64,000 nucleotides of DNA from Epithemia pelagica. Taxonomy: Eukaryota > Protista > Bacillariophyta. The notes below the pieces were generated by a model, which saw only the letters and a program-made list of their open reading frames with translations, made no database searches and was not told the origin of the DNA. The stretch covers positions 744,001 to 808,000 of the forward strand of contig OX337236.1 in assembly GCA_946965045.2 (NCBI GenBank), given 5' to 3'. This document shows positions 45,449-57,569 of this stretch, one piece after another (the first letter of the stretch is position 1; every line of letters starts with the position of its first letter). The translations under genes and the position numbers were made by a program.

Positions 45449-46664
45449 GGAATAAATAGTTCTTAGGCATTGTCACACCCAAGCATCGCATCCATCTGCA
45501 GAGCCACATAAAGGAATAAATAGAAGCATCGCATCCATCTGCAGAATGCCCTAGTTTTCAAAGCTTTTTGCAAAAGATGTATATAGCAATCTTTATTTCA
45601 GTAAGACCATCCTCAGTCCTGAGTCCATCTCCTGAGCAGATTCTTGAGTACAAAATTATATCCGCGACTGAATATGACGGAGATCTCGAAAAGATCCCAA
45701 AGATCTTTCACACCAAATCTTGACGATGTTGGCACGGAGGCGCACACTCCGGAACCAAACTTGCGTCACTCTTGAACTTCCACTCTCTCTCTGTGGTGTC
45801 TGGTGTGATGGATGTAAGCTTTACACAACCCGGGCAAATGGTTTGGTCGGAACAAGAAAAAGCATCATCGAGCGAGCATTCACGAATCGACCACGGAACC
45901 CACCACGACGACAACGCCCTCCACGGCCGCCTTGACGGGCTTGGAAGGACAAACAGCGGCGGCTCTGGCTGCTGCTACTGCCGCCGCCGCCATGACCCTT
46001 CGAATGCCAAAGGGGCCGGAAGCATCTTCTACCCTCACCCTTCACAGTGCCAACCATACGGCGTCCCATTTGTTGGCATGACAATCGTCACTGGGAGATC
46101 GACGCATTCCACGACGGGTGGTCGACCCCCCGCATCACCACAACCTCCACAATCTGCGACACAACAACAGGCTCATCCGTGTCGAACATGAAACCACCAC
46201 TGACTTGGAATTGGGGAGTAAACTGGCGTCCTATACTTACGTGTAACCCTTTTCCTTCCCACACGGGCAAATCGGATGGATCTTCTGTCCCCTTGTCACA
46301 GGCCCAGCGATCCGATAAGCATGTGTACAATGACATGCTCAAAGTGCTCTTTGTGGGTCCCAAAAAGCCTCGGACTAGCACTACCCTCGCCAAAAACTTT
46401 GTAAATCAGCTCACATTCCATGGTTGCGCAGGAGAAGTTGGTGTTTGGGGAATCATATGTGCCCACCACTAATTGAAGATGAACTCGGATACTGCCCATG
46501 GCGACCACCCCGAAGAAACAGTTTATGACTCCCATCTCATAACTTTTCCTTCGAGGTTGAACTCAGGACCAAGCACAAACGACGACGACGGTGACGACAA
46601 CATGGCGTTTGTGGGTGTTGTCGTTGCCGAACCATTTGGATTTGGGGAATATTAAGGGATATCG

Positions 46665-46768
46665 TACTTACTGCCGATTCATTCGCAGTCTTCAGCAAGG
46701 AGGCCTCTACCAACTTGCGCAAGAGCCCAAACAACAGGGACGAAGCCATCGATGGCGTTGTCGGCATC
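46665..46768 (+). repeat. 104-bp coding-like fragment, copy 2
   Basis: Paralogue of 42922-43025. Confidence 0.8.
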
Positions 46769-47001
46769 CTGTCATTTCTTTTGTGTGTTCACCATCCCAT
46801 TAGAGAGAAAAATTCAGCAAAACGACAAAGAAGATCAACTGCCATTACAGATTTCGCCGTCCATGCAGATCTTTCAGTGTCATATCAGTATTACGGCACA
46901 CAAGAAACGAAATGCTTGCTCCAACCAAGATGCTTCCATACCGTTAGCGGTAGACCATGATGGATTGGGGCCAGAATCCACCGACACACTTGTGTTACTC
47001 A

Positions 47002-48661
47002 TTATGCCTGTTCTTCATTTACCATGGTGGATGGAGACGTGGTTTCTTCATTGTTGTTGTTTTGATTGGTAGTGGTGTTTGACGCGGATACATCGTTGTT
47101 GAGGTTGCTTCGTCCTTGTTCGGTACGACTTGGGGGTGCGGATTCGGGTGGTGGTTCGAATGTCTCGTCATTATTGCTGTCATGTTCGTTCTCTTGTTGG
47201 TCTTCCGCCGTCACATCGTCGGGATCGACAATAAAATCTCTTCGACAGCAGGGACAGAGCGGTCCTTCTCGTTGTTTGAGCAACCATTTTTCAATACAGT
47301 CTTCATGAAAGACATGTTCGCAGGAGGGATTCGAAGACCAAACGACGGTCGATCCAATGGTAAAGGATGACAAACAAATGGTACAAATTCCCGACGCCAT
47401 TCGTGTAGGTCTATCCGGCACTGTGGTAGTGGTCGTGGATTCGCCGCCTGAGGGTGGCCAGAGTCCTTGTGGACATGGCAAACCAGGAATGGGAATTTCA
47501 ATCATGACATTTTCATCCTCCTCGTCGATATCCTCCCAAACTATGTTTGTGGAATGCAAGTTGTTAGTATTGTTGGCTGTATTGTTCTGGGCAACAGAAT
47601 CAATGGATAGTGGGGCACTTGTTGTTGTATCCTGTTTCTCCATTGTGGTTCCTTTTTCGTCTTGTGGGGTAGCATCCTCCTCTTCACTGTTGCCCAACGG
47701 AACCTCGACAATGGGGGACGACGACGACATGACGGTTGTGGGTGTTGTAGTCTGTGGATTTGGGGGAGCGGGTGGATTGGGAAAATGTTGAGCCGTCAAT
47801 GTCTGTCATTCGAATCCAGCAGTACGTGGTTGTGTTGTTTCAAAAAACAAAACCAACGATGGCAAAGAATGGAGTCATCCAAAGAGCGACAAGACAAGTG
47901 TGAGTGTACGATATTGCGCCAAAACGACACGAAACAAACGGGAGGCTGTGCAGAACTGTGCTGCGTGCATCAAGAGTTCCACGTACCACTCGTACGGGTG
48001 CAATGAGTTGCACAATCCTTGCTTTTCGTTCTGCCAAGTATTTTCGTCGAGCCGCACGAGATTCTTCGCTATTCGTATTATTGTTTGGATTGGCATTGCT
48101 CGAGGAAGAAAAGGAGGCTCCGGCCAATCCACCACTGCCACCAATCACCACCAGGGTTCCATTCGGACCACGACGACTTCTCGTTGTAGTAGTGTTAGTA
48201 TCTTCAAGGGCTTGCAGCCGTCGCTGCACACCTCGTTCCTCGCAATGCAATCGAAAATAATACAAGACCGGTGTCATAAAGCACATGCCCAAGACGGACA
48301 AGTACAAAAAGGTCAAGACCGTCCGTCCTCGTTCCGATTCCCCTTGCATCCTTCGCCGAACAGTGCCATGGAGACGATGCACCCCCTGTTTTTCGCTTTG
48401 ATACTCTTTCGTCAAAGACGATAACGACGAGGAATCCCTCAAGGAAAACCCTCCTTTCATTACAGTCACTGAATCATTCACCACATCATCTTCTTGGGTC
48501 CAAGACAGAGCTGAGAAGAAGGCCGGTTGGACTTGTTGATCCTTTGTACTTTTCGTCGTTGATACGGCCACAGCCTTTCTGCCGCTATTGCTTGCAAACA
48601 ACAGCAGTAGTACCAAAAGAAGAAAGTGACGATTTGGAATCGACACCTTGGATGCACTCAT
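47002..48661 (-). CDS. Signal peptide + single TM + RING-H2 E3-ligase-like protein (exons 48661-47987, 47802-47002)
   Basis: Hydrophobic leader HFLLLVLLLLFASNS. TM VLTFLYLSVLGMCFMTPVLYYF. RING-H2 CTICLSSF…CEHVFHEDCIEKWL…CPCCR. 184-bp phase-0 intron GTACGT…TGACAG. Confidence 0.88.
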
Positions 48662-49721
48662 TATCATTGTCTTTTTCGACACCTTCGGATGACCCTCCAG
48701 CAACGGATTGCGTGGACCGTAGAGAATCGTACTAGGATATCCAAACTATCAATCAATTCAGGAATCGCTGCTGTTACTGTCGAGGACAATCGACTTCACT
48801 GGACAAATGTAACTTCAACAAAGGAACACTCGGACAACAGGTAATCGAATGTCTTCCCCGTACGAGGACCTGTTGACGAAACGAGATCTTGACACAAATC
48901 AACGATGCAAAGTTTGTCTTGGACGCTTCAAGAGGGAAGTGATAGTTGAAAATTGCAAGGAACTTGATATTATGCGTCCACTAAAGATTAAAAGAATCAC
49001 CAGGTCAGGAACCAAAGTGTTCTCATTTCCTTTGGCCTTTGGCTTTTGAGTGGAAGGGTATCGACGACGAAGAAGATCCGCGACGCTGTGCAAAATCTCG
49101 GGGTATCAACGAAGAAGATCCGCGACGCTGTGCCTTCCCGAAAGGAAAGCAAAAAATGTCAGTACAGTACATACAACGATAGGAAGACCAAAAACACGAC
49201 CAGGATCAAACATACTTAGAGAAGTTCAGGTCTTGGTCCGCAAGGCTAGCTATGCATTCAAAACGGCTTAGGAAAAATTAAATATTGCCCATAGCCCCCG
49301 GCCAATTCCCGTCCAGTTTTCAGCCACGTACGAGTATCTCATGGGATCTTTCACACGAACGGGACTGTTCTATCTGTCGTCAGCATCATGACGAGTGAGT
49401 AGTAGGGAAATAGCTCGACAAACATTAGGCCACAAAATATGTTTTGTCAACCTCACAATTCACAATGGAGTCGGCTTCATGACAACTTGCGTTCGCCATA
49501 ACCTCTCCTGTCGTTGGGCATGCCGAGCCATGTGCCATGTTGCCAACGGATCCTTGGAAAAAGGTCTTGTAGGCTTCCCGTATGGAATACCAATGGCTCC
49601 CAATGGGATGCTCACAAAGTGGTTCCATACCGATTGGCTGGAATCTTTGACCGAGAAGCGGACGCCACATGGACTATTGTCATCCTCACTTGGTTCGCAA
49701 CAGCACCTATACACGCAAGAT

Positions 49722-52093
49722 CTATCCCTTTACTTCCTCCAGTGCCAAAAGGACATCTTCCAGAGTAATGAGCAACCCTTCAATGCCGGTCCCATCTTGT
49801 CGAGACCGAGCCAGGGCAATCGATCCCGCACATCGCACTAGACCGGCAATGTCCGCACCCGAAAATCCATCCGTCAAGCCGGCCAAATCACAAACATTCT
49901 TCCAGCGATTCGATCCCACCGTCGTCGCCACCAAGGACTTTGCCAATTGCCGGAGTGATTTTTGGAATTTGTGGCGGCGACGACGATTCGATGATGCGGC
50001 GGGCAATGTCGTCACCTCAAAACGAGACGGTTGAACCGTGCCATTGTCGGTTACATCCTCTCCGACCACTGGCACGCCATCGATAGCACAGCACAAGGGT
50101 TTGCTCAGCCGTCCTCGTTTTCGGAGGGCTCGAAAGTGAATTTGTAATATTTCTCGCCTTCCCTCACGATCGGGCAGTGGGATTTCGATTTGAACCTCCA
50201 ATCGACCGGGTCGCAAGAGTGCATCATCCAAGAGTTCTTGTCGATTCGTCATTCCAATCAAGAGGATATTGGGAATGGCATTGACTCCATCGAGTTTGGC
50301 CAAAATTTGATTCACCACGGAAGATCGCGTCGATTCTCCACTGTCTTCGGCCGACGTTCGTTTCCGAAAGACGGCGTCAATTTCGTCAATAACGACAACA
50401 TGCAAGGCCGATCGGGTCGAATCACCATTACAAGCCGCCAATTCTGCTTCCGCGTCCGCAAACAAGGCCCGGACCAGCTTTTCGGAACCACCCACCCAAC
50501 GATCCAAGAGTTCCGGTGCCGACACAATTTTGGGAGCACGGGCCCGCAAGGCCGAAGAAATCTCACGCGCTAATGCCGTCTTTCCGCAGCCTGCGAGAGA
50601 ACGAAACGAAAATCCACGTTACGAAGTGTTCCATGAGTGGGATGGGGGTCCACACGAAACTCGCTCGTGTAAGTTATAGTTCACTTACCCGGTGGTCCAT
50701 AAAGGAGCAATCCGCGAACCGGTGTCAGTCCAATCAAGGCCAATTCTTCGGCTTCTAGCGCGTTGGCCGCCAGCTCGCTCGATGTCTTGTCTTCCATGGA
50801 TTCATCATTTTCATTGTCGACATCGGCAGGACGAATGATTCGCCCATCCAATACCCGTCGTACAATGGCATCTATTTGGGCTTGTAAGCCTCCAACCGAA
50901 GACTGAAAGTTGGATCGAAAGGCTTCATTGCGTTCTTGTCCCGAGAGAGAAGCAGGAGAATAACCACTGAGATTATTCGACTCTGAAGTCTCTTCGTCGT
51001 CTTTCGTATTGTTGTCCTTGTCCTCTGACACAAAGTCAAAAATCTCGTGCGGGTCCCAGCCAAAGCCTTGAATGACCATGGATCCTTTCAATGCCCCTTG
51101 CAGGCTTTTTCCGCGGGGCAACAAGACAACTTCCAAGACTGCTGCCGATCCAATATCCACCCCTTGATACATGCGATCGGGACCACCGTACATCATCCAC
51201 GCTGGAATGTGATCCTGGGCGCGTGTTTTGACTTCTTGTCGCACCCCCGCTTGTCGAGGAGGTGCTCGGCTGTTGCTGGAGACCAAGAGTCGAGAGCGTG
51301 TGACACCACCATACAAGAGTTTCCCATAAATGATACTGGCGGGAAACTCGGACAAGGGACGTGGCAAGGCTGTCCCCGAGGGCAACAATATCATTCGACA
51401 CCCGACACGATTCAAAAAGGCTTCTTTCGACTGATCAATCAAATCATAGGATTTGTCCGACAAGGTGGCATCTACCAGTTCCCGAAATGGTTCGGAAAAA
51501 TCCACAATCATGGGCGTCGGTACCGTTTTCATCCATCGCATCCATGCCGAGGATTCATCCCGATCCAATCCCATTCGTTGGTCCGGCAATTTGATGCAAA
51601 GTCGATCAAAAGCCTTTTGCAAGGCAAAGGCACTGGCGTCGTTGATCCAATTGGTGGCACTCGAAGCCTGTGTTCCTGCTTCTTTCCCTATCGCATCTCG
51701 CCGTATATCACTTTCCAGAAGACACAAGGCGGCCCGACCAGCCAGTAAATCAAAGGCCGAATCCTGGCGTACGACAGCTTCCGCACGTACTTGTTCCTCC
51801 GCACTCAAGGTCTCCTCCTCTTCCTCTTGTTGAATATCATCCTTGACGGGTGTTGCCTCAAGAACATGACCGCTGTTCTTCTTGGCCAACTCGTCCTCTT
51901 TGAGGGCCAGGGGAGCTGCAATCCTAGGGAAAGAGCTCGATGTGCCGATCGATTGAAAGGCATGCACAGAAAACGGAATCATCAGAATGTGCAAACAAAC
52001 TGCAATCACCAACGCACATGGTTGGTTCGACCAGCAACGTGGCTTCTTCTTCATTCTAGTATCACGGTTTGAAACATCTTGTTCTGATCCCAT
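49722..52093 (-). CDS. NSF-like single-domain AAA+ ATPase, probably plastid-targeted (exons 52093-50689, 50590-49722)
   Basis: A 98-bp intron restores [20 protein letters not shown]…[20 protein letters not shown]. Also present: [61 protein letters not shown]. The N-terminus has a signal peptide ending …SVHA-FQ. Confidence 0.88.
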
Positions 52094-52378
52094 GGTACGC
52101 TTCACTTTAGCGGAACGAAAAAGTAGGATGCCATTGTCGTTGTGTCATTTTTCTCGCATACGCACTTCTCGATTCCCGAGCGGGACTGCGAGTGTGATTG
52201 GACTATCAGGGCTAGTCGTTTGGTCATCACCTTTTCTTGCATAGGAGTAGGAGTAGGAGTAGGAGTAGTTCTCCTAGCTCCTAGCGTACTCCTAGTATCT
52301 TCGAGTATGCCTTCTCCTATTGCCAATCACATCAACTTGAACCTTTCTTTTTGTTCCTTTATGGTTTCTAGAGAGTAG

Positions 52379-53692
52379 CTACTTGGAGAGGCTGTCCAAC
52401 CACGTGTCTAGCTCTTGTGCGGCATGATGCCATTGATTGGTGAGCATGACATCGTGAGGTGCATCCACAAAGCGTGCGGCATCGACATTGAAATACCGTG
52501 CGGTTTCTTCCACGCCTTCGTGGTCCACAATGACATCGCCCGTGGCACCCAAGACCATGCAAGGTGGCAAACGAGCCACAAAGGGTGCCTGGCCATTTTC
52601 CGCGGTTGTCGCCGACGGCAGTTGTTTGGCCAAATCCAACAAATCAATCGTGGCCTTGGAATCGCGGGTAAAATACTCTTGATAACGAGCAATATCTTGA
52701 TCCGAAACTCCATGATCGTCCACCACTACGACTTGCTCTTCTTGGGCAGATGGATCCTCCTCTTTGGAGTTTGGAATGGTCGTGGTTGTTGTTGTTGTTT
52801 TGGGTCCTCCAAAAAACAATTCCCGACAGAGCGGGGCATCGGTCAAGAGTTGTTTCATTGCAAAGCCACGGGTAATTTTGAAACTGCGACGCCACCAGAA
52901 TTTGCGCAGATATCGTCCAATGATGCGGCCATTGCCACTGGGTGGGACCGCACACATCATGACAATGCCCCACAATTGTTGGGTCCGTTCGGGATGCAAT
53001 TCCAAGAGTTTCATGACGGCCAAACTTCCAAACGAATGAGCAATGACAATCGGTTTGATGATTTGCGTGGTTGTCGTAGTAGTTGTAGTATTCGATGGAC
53101 CGAGTAGAGACGGCAATTGATCCAATAAGGATTCCAAATCGGCCACATGTTGTTGAATTTGTACCTTTTTGACTCCTTCACCGGCAAAGGTTCCACCCGT
53201 GCCTCTCCAACAGGGTGCCACCACTCGATATCCTTTGCGAACAAAGTAGGGAAAAAAGTATTCTGTCCAACACCATCCTCCATGAAAGGATCCATGCAAA
53301 AACAACAAGACGGGCTTGTCGTCATTGTTGTCCTTGTCTGCGGCGGCACTTGTGTCCAATGTGACTTTCATGGAAACGCCCGTGGCCAATGGAATTTGAC
53401 GTTCTTGGTACGACGAAAAGGACGGTTCGTTGTCATGATCCGTGGTGGCTGTGTTCAATGCTGTGGCTGCCATGGTTCGAATGCGGTTTGTGTTGGTTGG
53501 CACTAATACTTCTGTGAATGTTGTTCCGTAAATCAGAGTTTCGCTCCACGGTTTTGGAAACCCGCGCCTCCAAGGCAGCAGTGCTTGACAGGATGCTGGT
53601 AGGAGGATGAATGGAATGAGAACCAGCCATCGTCGTCGTCCTCTTCCTCCTTGCACTTGGGAACCAAATGAGAAGAATGAAGCAAGCAGCAT
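52379..53692 (-). CDS. Alpha/beta hydrolase with an N-terminal targeting peptide
   Basis: LFLHGSFHGGWCW, nucleophile AHSFG, VLGATGDVIVD (Asp), APHDVML (His). Confidence 0.88.
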   Translation of the reverse strand: MLLASFFSFGSQVQGGRGRRRWLVLIPFILLPASCQALLPWRRGFPKPWSETLIYGTTFTEVLVPTNTNRIRTMAATALNTATTDHDNEPSFSSYQERQIPLATGVSMKVTLDTSAAADKDNNDDKPVLLFLHGSFHGGWCWTEYFFPYFVRKGYRVVAPCWRGTGGTFAGEGVKKVQIQQHVADLESLLDQLPSLLGPSNTTTTTTTTQIIKPIVIAHSFGSLAVMKLLELHPERTQQLWGIVMMCAVPPSGNGRIIGRYLRKFWWRRSFKITRGFAMKQLLTDAPLCRELFFGGPKTTTTTTTIPNSKEEDPSAQEEQVVVVDDHGVSDQDIARYQEYFTRDSKATIDLLDLAKQLPSATTAENGQAPFVARLPPCMVLGATGDVIVDHEGVEETARYFNVDAARFVDAPHDVMLTNQWHHAAQELDTWLDSLSK

Positions 53693-54260
53693 TCTGTTCT
53701 CCTTCTCTGTGACGGCTTCTTTTTTTTTCTTGTTTGGTTGGTCGACTGTGACAAGTGTTCGGATACCTTATTGTTGTCAATGGCTCGTTCAGATGAGTGT
53801 TCTTGATGCCGATCAGTGTTCTGTGGATCTTTTTTTTTTGCGAAGTGCGAGTTCGCATACAAAAAATGTGGGGTTTACGTTTCGGGTGGATGTACCTTGT
53901 CTTTCAACGCAAACCGAAACCGAAAATCATTGTGCCCATAACCTGATAGGAGTACCTTCTTCGAAAATCTAACCGCCGACGCAATGATCGACTTGAAATG
54001 GCGTCAGATAGTCACACACATTCTCGGATTCTATTATAGGCCATGCCCTGTTGAATGAATTCGCAATTCAATCTCGTTTCATCTCTTTGCTGAAAAACGT
54101 TCAAGTCATTGAATCATCAACACAAACAGCAAAACGACAGAACAATAAGGTTGCCTGAAGCAGAACGCAAAATCTCGATCCTCCATTTCTGACACCACCA
54201 CATCAATCCGAAAAGGCATACTACTATCTTTACTTTGAAGAAAAAGTCGAAAAAGAGACG

Positions 54261-56342
54261 ATGCAGAGCAATACAAACAGTGACAGTGAACGGGCAAGAC
54301 TGGCCTACCGTGAATCCAACTCGGACACTTCGGCCTCGTCGTTCGGTCCAGGGCCTTCCGCGTCATCGTCCCGCTATTCCTCGTCGTCTCGCCATTATTA
54401 TTACTACAATGATCCTTCGACCGATTCGTCTCGTCATCCACTTCGTCGACGTGGTGGTGGACGAAAACGAGGAGCTCCTCCTCCTCATTTGGCCATGCCC
54501 TTGTCCATGCGACTTATGAAACAAGTGGCTGGTATTTGCGGTTGTGTCGATTGCGATCCACCAACATCATCATCGTCCAAGTGGTTGGAAGATCATCCGG
54601 ATTTGAATGTCATGTTGAATTATGACATGCAATCCTTGTATTGTCGTCCCACCGCAGACAGTAGCAATCCTCCTCCCTCGTCAGTATCGCCCATGGTATT
54701 GGCACCCATGACCTTGCCCGTGACACCCGAACTACCCCTCACAACCAATCATCCAGACAGTGGCGTCGATTCAGAGACAGAAGACGACGAAGACGAAAAG
54801 CACCACCATCCAGGGACACTCATGAATGTCTATGCTCAACCTACACCACAACAGTCTACCACCTCACCGGAACAAGAAGAAGTGCAACAACTCTTGGGAT
54901 TGAAATCGTCCCCTCCCGTGGCATCCATACCACCGGCACCCAACGCCACCAACCCTTCAGCCCTCTCGTCTTCACCTGCCTTGAATACTACCATGCCCAG
55001 TCCTTCCTTCCAATCCTCTCATGCTCGAGTGGTGGAAAGAATCTTGAGTGACTATATTGCCGCCTGTCGGTTTTATGGATGCGGCGATCGTGTCAATGCC
55101 GGCGTCTTGACAACGCTTCGATTTTCCTTGCCCTGTCTTCGTGTCGTTGGTCGCTTTCACGATGCCGACATGTTGGCCTTGGCAGAAATTTTGTTTCGCT
55201 ATGTCAATGGACCCCTCCGGTACATTAAACGCTTGGATTTTTCCTTGTCCGGCAAACATGCTCCACCCCGATGGACCGGTCATACCAGTCGAGGCATGCA
55301 CAGTCATGGAGCCTTGACCTTGGCCAAGGTCTTGCAAATGTCTCAATATATCGAACAGGTCTTGCTGAGTCGCAATCGGATTGGCCCCTATGGTGCCTCG
55401 GCGCTTTTTATTGCCTGTTCGACCAATCCAGTAATTCGGAAATTGTATTTGCGACGATGTCGCGTGGGAGAACGGGGTGCCCTTGTCTTTGCCGAATTAG
55501 TCGTACCATCCAAAACGACGGGACTGCAAGAAATTGACTTGTCGGCCAATTGTATTGGAGTCAAGGGATGTTTTGCCATTGAACAAGCCCTCTTGGAACG
55601 GACCTCGGCAGCCGAGAAACAAAAAGACGACAATCACAACAATGCCAAACCACTCCCAACCATGACAATTGATTTGGAAGGCAATTTAGTATTACAAGAA
55701 GTCATGAATGCTGCTACTCATGGATTGGGTATTGTCTTGGCCATGATTGGGAGTTACTTGTTGACTCAACGTGCCAAGAAATATGACGATTATCGACACA
55801 CTTGGTCCTGTGCCATTTATTCCATGTCCTTGATTGTCCTGTATACCAGTTCGACACTCTATCATTCCTTCTTTTCCATGCAAAATACCAAATATATTTT
55901 TGAAATCTTGGACAAGAGTGCCATTTACATTTTGATTGCCGGCAGTTACACACCCTTTTTGCAACTCATTCTGGGTCATGAAGCGATTTGGTCCATTGGG
56001 TTGTTGGCCTTTTTGTGGAGTTGTTGTTGCTTGGGTATATCCGTCGAAGCAATGTGTCCGACATGGAAGTACAGGACTACCTTTAGCTTGGCCATGTATT
56101 TGAGCATGGGCTGGTCCGCCCTGGCCTGTTTGCCCCGAATTGCCTTGCTCGTCCCTCGTTCCTGTATTCAAATAATGGTACTCGGGGGAGTGGCCTATAC
56201 CTCGGGAGTCCCCTTTTTTGTCCGCAACAACAATTTGGATCATGCCGTCTGGCATGTCTTTGTGTTGGCCGGAAGTATCTTTCATTGGTGTGGCGTCTAC
56301 TTTTATGTCGTGGACTTTGTCCTTCCCCATGAATACAGGTAG
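54261..56342 (+). CDS. RNI-like LRR domain fused to a haemolysin III (HlyIII/PAQR) 7-TM domain
   Basis: LRRs VLLSRNRIGPYGA, LYLRRCRVGERGA, IDLSANCIG, IDLEGN. HlyIII motifs EVMNAATHG, LYTSSTLYHS, LDKSAIYILIAGSYTPF, YLSMGW, GGVAYTSG, HAVWHVFV…H. Confidence 0.9.
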   Translation: MQSNTNSDSERARLAYRESNSDTSASSFGPGPSASSSRYSSSSRHYYYYNDPSTDSSRHPLRRRGGGRKRGAPPPHLAMPLSMRLMKQVAGICGCVDCDPPTSSSSKWLEDHPDLNVMLNYDMQSLYCRPTADSSNPPPSSVSPMVLAPMTLPVTPELPLTTNHPDSGVDSETEDDEDEKHHHPGTLMNVYAQPTPQQSTTSPEQEEVQQLLGLKSSPPVASIPPAPNATNPSALSSSPALNTTMPSPSFQSSHARVVERILSDYIAACRFYGCGDRVNAGVLTTLRFSLPCLRVVGRFHDADMLALAEILFRYVNGPLRYIKRLDFSLSGKHAPPRWTGHTSRGMHSHGALTLAKVLQMSQYIEQVLLSRNRIGPYGASALFIACSTNPVIRKLYLRRCRVGERGALVFAELVVPSKTTGLQEIDLSANCIGVKGCFAIEQALLERTSAAEKQKDDNHNNAKPLPTMTIDLEGNLVLQEVMNAATHGLGIVLAMIGSYLLTQRAKKYDDYRHTWSCAIYSMSLIVLYTSSTLYHSFFSMQNTKYIFEILDKSAIYILIAGSYTPFLQLILGHEAIWSIGLLAFLWSCCCLGISVEAMCPTWKYRTTFSLAMYLSMGWSALACLPRIALLVPRSCIQIMVLGGVAYTSGVPFFVRNNNLDHAVWHVFVLAGSIFHWCGVYFYVVDFVLPHEYR

Positions 56343-56556
56343 TGAACACGGCTATTACCAAAGGCTCTTTCAACAGCGATAGACTCAATAGGTTGGTAGA
56401 ACTATATAAAATAAGACTCTCGAGGCAATCAGACACCACACAGGCATGATTTCTTTTTCTTTACAGCTTTTATCTATACTACAAGACAATAAAAATGTTT
56501 CGAGGTTCTTTGGTTTTCTCGTTCCCTACTACATTCTACAGAATGACGGATTGTCT

Positions 56557-57159
56557 TCATCCTTGTGGTTGTGGAGGGGGTGGTAAATTCAAATTGGGTG
56601 GAGCAGCGCCCATGGCGGCACCGGCACCAAAGGGTGGCGGAGGAGGAGCAGCACCACCAGCAGCTGCGGCACCGGGAGGTCCAAATCCATAGTGTGGCGG
56701 TGGACGTGGTGGAGGACCACCTCCCATTCGGTTGCCGCCAACACCAGGTGGTGGTGGTCCTCGTTGTTGATGTTGTTGTTGTTGAAAGTGGGGTGGTGGT
56801 GGCGGTGGCATGCGAGTTCCTGGTGCTCCGGGAGGAGGAGGAATAAATCCGGGTCGGACCCAGGTCCGTTTCCCCGTATTGGTATCGACATAATACATAA
56901 TCCCCGTAACTTCATCAATATGATCTTTCCATCCTTCTGGTAAGGGCGGTACCGCCGGATCATGTACGCCTCGTGCTTTTAAAAAGGCCTGCTGGGCCGA
57001 AGCCAGTCCCATGGGTCCGCGGCGCCATTGATCCACGTACGGTTCGTAATGCAACTTGAAATTCTCGCGAAATTTCCAGCCTCGTCGTTGCTGTTTCCGG
57101 CCGGCTGACGAATCGTGCGTCAAATACGTATTGGAATAATCGTCAAAGAAACGAGGCAT
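56557..57159 (-). CDS. U1 snRNP C-like protein with a WW domain and Pro-rich tail (200 aa)
   Basis: [33 protein letters not shown] aligns without gaps to U1-C [33 protein letters not shown]. WW domain [31 protein letters not shown]. Confidence 0.8.
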   Translation of the reverse strand: MPRFFDDYSNTYLTHDSSAGRKQQRRGWKFRENFKLHYEPYVDQWRRGPMGLASAQQAFLKARGVHDPAVPPLPEGWKDHIDEVTGIMYYVDTNTGKRTWVRPGFIPPPPGAPGTRMPPPPPPHFQQQQHQQRGPPPPGVGGNRMGGGPPPRPPPHYGFGPPGAAAAGGAAPPPPPFGAGAAMGAAPPNLNLPPPPQPQG

Positions 57160-57569
57160 ATCGTTTGAACTTTCGCTCGTTGGTTCGTCGTTGATGGTGT
57201 TGGTAGTTGGTCCTCGTCGTCGTTGTCTTACTTTTTCCGTTTTGTCGTTGTCCACCAAATAATGAGCGACCAAACTGGAAAGATTTTCTATAGCGCTTAA
57301 GACAAGAAATATGATAGTCCATCAAATAATGAGCGACCGAACCACGAACACATCCTAGCGATAGCGAGAGATAAAGGTAAACCATGATAGGATTAATGAT
57401 CTCCTTTTTCCTCGCTTGGGAGTTAGCAGGACTCAAATCTGTCGCCAAAAAGTCTCCAAGAAATCTCAGCATTGGCAAAACAAATCTGCAACCCAACTAA
57501 ACGACGAACCTACGTCCTTATTAGAGGCACTACCAGACATAGAACAATCATCTAGACGAGAGTATAACC

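Noticed and set aside
45440-45545. Local duplication (ccacat.aaggaataaatag / aagcatcgcatccatctgcaga), plus small tandem copies at 49056-49135 and 57256-57340
   Set aside because: These are short slippage-type duplications with no further structure.
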